NCBI GenBank assembly: GCA_977018835.1 | Contig: OZ361260.1 | Location: forward strand, 2,232,001-2,296,000 | Source: Minutocellus sp. GHC0000111 | Lineage: Eukaryota | Direction: 5' to 3' | DNA: 64,000 nt | Shown: one piece after another, positions 56,216 to 64,000 of the stretch | Numbering within the stretch: the stretch's first letter is position 1 | Layout: each line of letters opens with the position of its first letter | Made by a program: the position numbers and the translations under genes | The notes under the pieces: model-generated | The model's input: the letters and a program-made list of their open reading frames with translations, nothing else | The model's database searches: none | Told to the model about the DNA's origin: nothing

Positions 56216-57957
56216 TTATCGGCCACGCCGCTTGTGTTTCTTTCCATCACCGAGGAGATTCAGCACCTGGCCCATCACGGTGAATGTTCCGCCGACAGTG
56301 GCCATGATACGGATGAGCAAATGTGTGAACGGCACACTTTGCCGTGTCACCTCTACCGCGAAGGGATAAATTTCGTAGACGAAAAAGACTCCCGGAAGAA
56401 GCGAGTTCTGCACCTTGTGATGTTCCTGAGCAGCATGAGTCCCAGCGCCTGTCCCACCACCGACATGTGCCCCGGCATGTCCATCCTTCTCTCCCATGTC
56501 GTGATGTTCCTCTTCTATTATGTCGGTCATTAGCGGTCGAAATCGTTCCGTGAAAAAGTATCGATTGGTCTCCAGCGTTGTCTGACCAGGCTTGGCAACA
56601 GAACCAATCATCTCTTCACCTTTGTACGTTGTTGGTACGATTTTGATAAAGTACTGAAACAATCCCGTGCTGCCATTCTCCTCGGTAACGATCTTGGATA
56701 TACCATCTAGCGATGTTCTACCCTTGACATCCTCATCAAGCCCATAATCTGGTCCAAAGCTCAGCTTGTGAATGACATGCGACGCATTGAAATTCGGTGC
56801 ATCCTCTGGAACGAACTGGTGAATGTGCCGCCCATCGCGCTCGACGCCTTCGCCCATGGCAATGTGAAAGTTACCAGCATTCTTCTTGAACATCATGTAC
56901 CCGCTCAGGTTGCACCCCTCTCCCTTGGACATGCGCTTGGGTTCGTTGGAATCGGACGTCCGGCCCTCTCTCTGGCATTGTTCGGCCGATTTCACCACAT
57001 CGTGCGACCCCCACCGCTTCCGCTTGTAGGCGTTAATGACGTCGTCGCACGTGTTGCAGCAATCGCCCTCCTTGGATTCGGCCCCGTAGCACGAACCGCA
57101 GTAATCGGGGGGGAGCTTCCCGTCCTTCTTGAACTTTTGATCCTCGCTGTCCTTTTTGGCATTCTTGTTGGCTTCGACCCGTATCTCTTCGTCGGACAGG
57201 AGCGTTCCGTCCAGATGCAGCCGCATTTTGACCAGCGTGTCGACAATGTTGAGCTGACTGTCACCGGCCACGTCCATGGCATCCAAATGCAAATCATCGC
57301 AGTGCAGGGCTGGGAAGGTAATGTTCATATCCACTCTCATCTTCTTGTTGAGACTGCATATACTTGATGAAGTATGTATGAGGGAAAGATTAGGGTTGAG
57401 GGTCAGATACATAGTCGACGGTAAAAGGTACTCATGAGAAAATATCACGCATGGCGGCTCGAAGATCACATCGCAACACGCATGCATTCCACGTCAAGCC
57501 CTTTTCTTGCAATTGAAACTCACCTGGTATCGACAAAGGTATGCTCGACGACCCGTCCCCGTTCCGACGACCAGTTGGCCACCTCGGCCAGGACCAGAAT
57601 CAGCGCAAGGCCATATCCCACCAGGGTCACCAGGCCGCCGCGGTCGGTCCGGACCTGGTAGTCCTCCTGCACCTTGGGGAACATGTCGAGCTTCCGGACC
57701 ACGCGGCGGGATTTGCGATACTTGTCGTCCGCCGAGTCCGGTTGGCCATACCGACCATTGGCGTTGCTTTGGGTTTGACCGGCATGCCGCCGGCGCATGC
57801 CTGCGGATGTGTTGGTGCTGTAATTGTGCTGGGCCGGAGATACCGGCGGGGTCATGTCTACGGAATCCAGGCTGGGCGATGGGGAGGCTGCTCCTCCTCC
57901 GGTATACCCGCCTCCTCCTGGTGGCGATGCGCCGTAGTAGCCGGCCCGTGGGTCCAT
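56216..57957 (-). CDS. ERV46: ER-Golgi intermediate compartment protein (Erv46/ERGIC3 family); intron 57523-57354
   Basis: KLDMFPKV...RTDRGGLVTL, MNITFPALHC, YCGSCYGA...CCNTCDDV, EGCNLSG...GNFHI, FQYFIKIVPT, LPGVFFVYEIYP, ATVGGTFTV. Confidence 0.93.
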
Positions 57958-58180
57958 CGTTGTTGCGTTGGCTCTATGTTTGTGCCGTCATTTCCCCCTT
58001 GGCTGGAGGAATGGCATGAGTTCCGGGTCCCCCTCGCGAAACTTGAAGAACGCGTCAGTCATCAGCATGCTCCAAAGCAAGATGGTGGACGTGCTACCGG
58101 CTGCTACCGGCGGCGGCGACCGCCGGCTCTGCTCGAAACGAAAACGAAGGAGACAGCCAGACATCGATAGATATGCCGAG

Positions 58181-60952
58181 ATGCACCACTGTCCGCAGTT
58201 CGGCACGAAACCGGCACGAAGCTCCTCCTTCCTCGGCCTTCTCCTCGCCTTGACCGCGGTGGCTTCTTCGTCTTCGTCATCTTCAGCACATTCGTCATCG
58301 TGTCGACTTTTGCCGATTCATTTGGTGGCAGCCTATTCTCCCACCATCCATCGGCACGCGAGGCACCGGAAGATTGGCTTCGGCGGAGTGTATGGTAATT
58401 TTGGAGAACATCAATATGCGACACATTATGATAATCCATCATCACGTCATGGGCTGCAAATGGTTGGGACGGCCGACAGAAGGGCCACTGATGACACTGC
58501 TGCTGCAGACATGGCTGCACACTCTGCCGAAATAGACGCTGTATGTCCGAGGAAAGAACAGAATGCTGCGCGATCAGAAGCCCCAGCATTTGATGGCAAC
58601 AAAGTTGTGGAGAAACAAAAACAACACCACGAACTGCAAAAGACAGAAGCACCAGAAAGCGCTGAAACAACTTCCACCCACAATAGCAACAAAGAAGAAA
58701 TGAAGAGACAATTGGCCGAGCTGCTGAACGAGCGAAAGCAACGGCAAAGCTTTGGTGGGGGCGGCGTTGCACAGAATTCCGCCTCCTCGGCCGAGGACAC
58801 CTACCTCAAGGTCCTCATGGGCGTCGGCGGTACACCACCGCCACCCTCCCAATCGGCAGATGGCTTGTCCAAATATCACCAGAGGTTGCTAACGCCGACC
58901 ATTGACCGACAACGATTTGTTACCGGAAGGTATCCTCTGTACGTGACCGTCAAAGAAAATCCCACCCGAAGATGGCTGCGACAGGTGGGATCCAAACGAG
59001 CGGCGGCAACCTCGGAAGTTTTGATCAATGGTACGTCGATCGATCGGTCGTTGGCTTCGTACGATCGATTCCAGTGGCTCGACGGGGAGGAAAATGTTGA
59101 TGGCAAAGGTATTGGTGCCACGACCAATGGCGACGAGTACGATGCCTTCAGTCTGGAGCTGCTGGCAGAGATTTACGTTCGGAAGCCAGGATATGTCAAC
59201 ATTTTGGCTGGGGACGGGGCTGGGTCGTCAGGTGCGGCGGCGCGAGAACTCAAAGAGCAGTACAAGGGTTGGAACCGATGGCGCTTTCATGCCGACAATC
59301 CCTTTCACAAACGATGGTGGCTTGACGAGCAGGAGAGCGATCGATTGTGGATTACTGGCTTTAGTCTGACCAAACAAGCTGGAGAGCTGACTTATGTCGA
59401 TGTCGACACTGGTCATATTGGAACAGTCAATAAGCGCACTGCCAAGGCCATTCGATGGCCCAATGAGGTGAACTCTGTGCCTGTGCAGATGGGTGAAGCG
59501 CGGAACGGTGCTCCTCGGCAACATTAGCTCAATGCTTGAGATATTACTCCGGAAAGCAGTGTCGTTCGAGAGCAGGATGATGCACTTCTTGTATCTGACG
59601 GATTCCTCGTACCAGGCAGAGATAGAGGCGGGCTGTACATCGTCCGCAATCCCGGCAACGAAGATTCAGAATGGCGCATCTGCCTGACCGGCGGTGAAGA
59701 GGGTAGAGTCAAACCAGAGGAAGACGGCTGGTTTTACCACCGTGCGATATGGGCTGACCTTACCGGCGACGGGAGACAGTCCATCCTGACTGCTAGAGCA
59801 AAGATCCCTTCAATTCTGAGCGCAACAAGTGGCGGCACTGCTTCGGAAGGCAGCACAAAAACCAAGCAGGGGCAATTGGTCTGGCTTGAGAGACCCAAGC
59901 CTCACTCATATGATGAAACCACGGGAACGGCGCTTGATGTCGACGGAACTGTCTTTGATCCCTTTTCTGCTCGGAATACTCCATGGAAAGTCCGAGTACT
60001 TGACGAGGGGCCCGATGTCATGTTCAGTGTTGCCGACCTTGATTCCACTGACGATACCATTGAGGTTATTGCGAGCCAGTTTTTCAGTCGCAAGCTTTCT
60101 TTGCACTCTATCCAAATCGGCACAGAACCAAAGGTATCATTCAGTAGAGTCATTGACGATCGGTGTGGGGCATCGTTTAGCTCTCTCTTGGCAAACCTCG
60201 ATGGGACGGCAACACCAAAGACGCAGACGGTAGTAGATAGCGGTAGTACAGTAACAACGCTCCAACCCGGCGATGCCTTTTCCCACTTGCTGATCACAAG
60301 CCATGAATGTCAATTTGCAGAGGATGCAGCCACAACTGGTAGTGGAGATCGAAGCGGCTCGTCAGACCAAAGCGATAACGCTCACACCGTGGTCGGTGAC
60401 GGAGTAAGATACAACACTGACACTTCTTCTGGGGCTAGCAACCAAAACTCAATCGATGGAGGATCTCTTTTTGCATACCGTATTCCTGCCGGCAAGAATG
60501 CTTGGAAGACAGAACCATGGACCCGAAGTGTAATTGCAACTGGCTTCCGAGTCCGTGCGCAACTTGGGAATATGATCAACCCTGGCGCCCCAGGTTTCTG
60601 TTACACCTTTTATCCTACGAAGGACCAACAGCTGGGTATTAAGGAAAAAGTCCAACAACGACCTTTGATTGGTATCGCCGGCGACTGCGCAGAAGCAGCA
60701 TACATCCTCCGACCGGTCGCCGCCGGCGAAGACGATTCAACAATAGACCGAAGCACCAAGTACGCGCTCATGTGCGAAATCGAGACCGGAGCCACTGTCG
60801 GAAGCATCGGAATTGGATATGATGACTTTGCGAATGCTTTGCAGCAGTCTGGCTACGCAAAGATCTATGTACCATGTTATGAGCAAAACAAAATACTGGT
60901 CTTTGCCATGGGAGATAAACAGGATGACGAAGAGGAAGATGATGGGTGGTAA
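58181..60952 (+). CDS. Putative secreted or plastid protein with FG-GAP/integrin-alpha-like motifs; two in-frame stops at 59525 and 59537 (short intron or indels); start uncertain
   Basis: One frame before and after the stops: IRWPNEVNSVP ... LLVSDGFLVPGRDRGGLYIV, GWFYHRAIWADLTGDGRQSILTARA, EGPDVMFSVADLD, GAPGF, IAGDC. Confidence 0.65.
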
Positions 60953-61062
60953 TACTTTTGATGTGAAATAATCTTAAGATAGGGATTGACTCTTTGCTAC
61001 TATCATCGATTTTTTTGTAGTAATGCAGGATAGTCTTGTTGCTCGTGTGATAAGTCAATGTA

Positions 61063-62514
61063 TTATCCAGACCCATACCATGTCCTGCCATTCTCGTCCT
61101 TGCCATCCTCTCTCGGCGACCCTGTCAATGCAGCCCTCATTTCCTCTCGGACCTCCAGTTCTCGGAGGTTGTATCCCACCACAAGCTGCCACATGCACAA
61201 CTGCGCCATGGCTTCGCCGCTCTGCTCGGTGATGGTGTTTGGCTCGATCTTCTTGCCTTCGCCAATACCGTTCATCACTGCGCTTACCAGCCCCTTCATC
61301 GCCGCCAAGACCTCGGGAGATATTGTGTTAGTCAAGCTGGCCAATTCTTCCTTCGGCATGGTTCGAATATACAAGAGCAGATCCTTCTTGATGGCATCAT
61401 CTTTACTCTTGCGCGTTGCAGACAATTCGTCCTTGAGCCTTGCCACCTCGTCACGCAATTCCGACATGTAGGCTGCCGCATCCACTTCAACCTCCATACC
61501 TCCGAGACCGCTTACAGTATTGTCACCATCTTCGCCATCTTCTTCGCCACTCTTATTACTGCTATTGCTACCACCAGCTCCACCATACTTGACCCGAATC
61601 TTTCCCTTTACTTCTCCACTGAGAATATCATCATCGTCCTCTTCATCGTCACCATGAGGACTCAGCGTTCCCTCCAACAGCCGTCCTCTTTGGGCCATGC
61701 CCCCGGGACCTGGAGGAAGATGATCCATTCCCAGCGATTCGGAGAGAGAAAGTCGATATTCGCTATTCTTGAACATATAGCCTGTCATCTGCAGCTGGAA
61801 CATGAGGCTTGCCAAACGCTCGCCGGTGGTAACCGTGGTGGTATCAAAGGCCATCTTGGGGAGGTTGCCGATTAGGCCCAGAATGGTGGTGCGGACCGCA
61901 TCTTGCACACGGGTATGTGCTGTGGAAGTGAATTTCGAGATGAGATCGGATGGAGACAATCGCGACACCACCTCCAGGTAGGGATTGTCCTGAAGATCGA
62001 TGGCCCCGCCCGGGGCAGCACGAGAAAGCTTGCCTCCCTCTTCCTTGTTGGCTGATGCCGATTCTTCGTTGGCTTCATCTTCGCCTGCATCATCGTTATT
62101 CTTGGCACTGCGCTCAAAGCCAAAGGAGAGCGGCAAGCTGTCCTCGGCCATCATCTCTCTGGCCTGCCGCAGGTTGTCGGACTCGGGATTTTGTTCCTTG
62201 TCGAAGAAGTCGTCCATCTTGCCACCCTTGCGACCACCGTTGCCGCCGCCGCCACCTCCAGGTGGAGGCCGATCACCCAAACCGCCGCCGACGTCGTCCG
62301 ACATGAATCGTCTGGTCAGAGGCACATTGCAAGTACCTTGCGACGACGGAGACGCACATGATGCGAGGGGATGGGAGGGGACAAAGGCCAGGGCGGGATC
62401 AGCCGAAAGGCAGCAGGATGTCAGGGCCACGGCAGCAGCGGCTGCGACGGTGCCACATGTCAAAGTAGCGGCCGTGGTTCTTTGTCGTGCCGGTCGTCTG
62501 CTTTGCTTGCCCAT
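61063..62514 (-). CDS. DUF760-family plastid protein
   Basis: Pre-sequence ending ALAFVP. VQDAVRTTILGLIGNLP...LASLMFQLQMTGYMFKNSEYRLSL and a second repeat DLLLYIRTMP...WQLVVGYNLRELEVR. Confidence 0.85.
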   Translation of the reverse strand: MGKQSRRPARQRTTAATLTCGTVAAAAAVALTSCCLSADPALAFVPSHPLASCASPSSQGTCNVPLTRRFMSDDVGGGLGDRPPPGGGGGGNGGRKGGKMDDFFDKEQNPESDNLRQAREMMAEDSLPLSFGFERSAKNNDDAGEDEANEESASANKEEGGKLSRAAPGGAIDLQDNPYLEVVSRLSPSDLISKFTSTAHTRVQDAVRTTILGLIGNLPKMAFDTTTVTTGERLASLMFQLQMTGYMFKNSEYRLSLSESLGMDHLPPGPGGMAQRGRLLEGTLSPHGDDEEDDDDILSGEVKGKIRVKYGGAGGSNSSNKSGEEDGEDGDNTVSGLGGMEVEVDAAAYMSELRDEVARLKDELSATRKSKDDAIKKDLLLYIRTMPKEELASLTNTISPEVLAAMKGLVSAVMNGIGEGKKIEPNTITEQSGEAMAQLCMWQLVVGYNLRELEVREEMRAALTGSPREDGKDENGRTWYGSG

Positions 62515-62868
62515 ATCTGGCCAAAATGAATGTATTTTTAGTCACAAGAGGAGCTCCGAATAGCGAGGATGATGGGCCAGGAGTGAAAGCTGCCGACGTA
62601 GGAGAGAGTAAGGTTGAAGCGGAAGATGTGGCGCCGTCGGATTGGATGTGCCGGCATCGTCTTCGATCGAGATCATGACGGGGTTGTGCGTCACTACTCC
62701 GTACGTACGAGTACGAAGCAGCACTGTGAGTCGAGCGACTCGGCTCGATTGATTCTCGCTCCGTCCGAGAACAAGGCAAGAAAGCCTGCTCAAGAAGCAA
62801 ACGCTGGAATCTCGAGACAATCATGTACACGTTATTATGTATTATATTCTAATTAAAGATCCTCTGAC

Positions 62869-63789
62869 TTAAACACCCTCTTCGTTGCTGTGGGTTCCGC
62901 TGCTATCATCGTTCGGTTCCTCCTGCATCATCATCTTCTTGCCTTCTCCATTTCCCTCTGAACCCTTCTTGCTGCTGCACTTTTTCCTGAAACAAAAGAA
63001 GGCAAAGAGAAGCACAAGGAAAGAACCGACCGTGGCCGCTGCGATCGTAACCTTGCGCTGCCAGTCATTGTACTTGCCGCTAAACTGCTCGGCAGATGAT
63101 TCGTATGTATCGAGTTCCAATTCGTCCGCGGTGATAACGCCATTGGAATTGCCCATCTCGTTCTCTCCATTCATGTCGTTATCGTCACCATTATTTTCTT
63201 CCATGCCCACTGGATCTGCAACCGCAATCGGAGCGCCGGCCGCAACCAACGACTTGTACATGGCATCATCCGTCGTCAAGGGTTCTCCAGCGATGCACAC
63301 CAAGTCGATGCAGTATCTGTCGACGCCACCCTTGGGCAAGTTGTGACCGAGATGCGTCAGGCACTTGGATTCCATCCTCCCATCATCGTGAATAATAACA
63401 TTCTCCGAGATGATCTCGGCAGGACGGAAGCTGGGCCACCCATGATGGATGCTCTCCTCCTTGAATTCGTCAAAGGTACGACCGCGAGGCGCCACGAAAA
63501 GTGGAAGACCACACACGGAATCGTACCAAACGTGTTCTTTACTGGGATCTAGTCGGTCAAAGAGACGGACCTCTGGTGCCTTCAGGTAACCCTTGTATTC
63601 GGCGAAGCGATGATTGTGACAGCAGATGCGATCGGCCGTACTGTAGTCCAGCTCGGCACCCAAGAAGTTGACGAGATCAGGCTGGGGATCGAAACCGTAG
63701 CACTGCTGCCGCTGACCGGCAGCAGACGCCGCCAGAACCTCAGCCGAGAGCACGGAGAGGTAAAGCGCGGCGGAGAGGTCAGTTTTCAT
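62869..63789 (-). CDS. MsrB/Mss4-like fold protein with signal peptide and C-terminal transmembrane anchor
   Basis: YDSVCGLPLF, HGWPSFR and THLGHNLP....RYCID resemble the MsrB motifs GWPSF, HLGHVF and RYCIN. TM segment IAAATVGSFLVLLFAFFCF followed by RKK. Confidence 0.75.
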   Translation of the reverse strand: MKTDLSAALYLSVLSAEVLAASAAGQRQQCYGFDPQPDLVNFLGAELDYSTADRICCHNHRFAEYKGYLKAPEVRLFDRLDPSKEHVWYDSVCGLPLFVAPRGRTFDEFKEESIHHGWPSFRPAEIISENVIIHDDGRMESKCLTHLGHNLPKGGVDRYCIDLVCIAGEPLTTDDAMYKSLVAAGAPIAVADPVGMEENNGDDNDMNGENEMGNSNGVITADELELDTYESSAEQFSGKYNDWQRKVTIAAATVGSFLVLLFAFFCFRKKCSSKKGSEGNGEGKKMMMQEEPNDDSSGTHSNEEGV

Positions 63790-64000
63790 CTTGGTGGTCT
63801 CTTTACGAATGGAATCAATTCCTTGTTATTCGCGGCCCCGGCAACCTTCGAGAACATGCTTGCGCAGCTTTCGCCGTTTCCGAAAAGTGCTTGAGCAGAA
63901 TTATGCTCTTTCTCAAAAGCTTTGGCGAAAGGAGAGAGTTGAGAAATTATGGTTTCGATTTCGCGTGATTCAGAATGGCTATCAAAAGATACGAGTTGCG

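Noticed and set aside
1..64000. CRISPR array, prokaryotic operon or defence island, rRNA or tRNA genes
   Set aside because: No repeat-spacer array or RNA-gene signature was seen, and the genes are spliced and eukaryotic

Overview
Gene-dense eukaryotic nuclear DNA, most likely a diatom. Support: short GT-AG introns, bipartite plastid pre-sequences with ASAF/AF motifs, diatom-style HMG-box, cyclin and class C GPCR genes, and RXL motifs. The species cannot be determined. About 30 host genes are present. They include PP1 inhibitor-3, two tandem HMG-box paralogs, an EF-hand NCKX, a copine-like protein, a His-rich protein, HIP/ST13, a class IV aminotransferase, ShKT-P4H, two divergent KH paralogs and a mitochondrial carrier. 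Further along are ornithine decarboxylase, organellar IleRS, a renalase-like oxidoreductase, phosducin-like, a class C GPCR, two Myb-repeat paralogs around a cyclin, ERV46, DUF760 and a membrane-anchored MsrB-like protein. One complete Tc1/mariner DD39D transposon (3347-6821, 22-bp TIRs, TA TSD) lies just upstream of the second HMG gene. The most striking signal is in its transposase, where Cys or His repeatedly occupies positions that look like Tyr (TAT>TGT, TAY>CAY). This suggests TpA-directed A>G hypermutation, the reverse of fungal RIP, but it is inferred without an alignment. Other leads are a shared uncharacterised beta-barrel-like module in four genes, an N-terminal module shared by HIP and its His-rich neighbour, and TA-bounded palindromes in intergenic DNA. 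Several single-base frameshifts in host genes suggest assembly indel errors. No RNA genes or CRISPR arrays were recognised. All family calls are from motif recognition by eye; no database searches were run.
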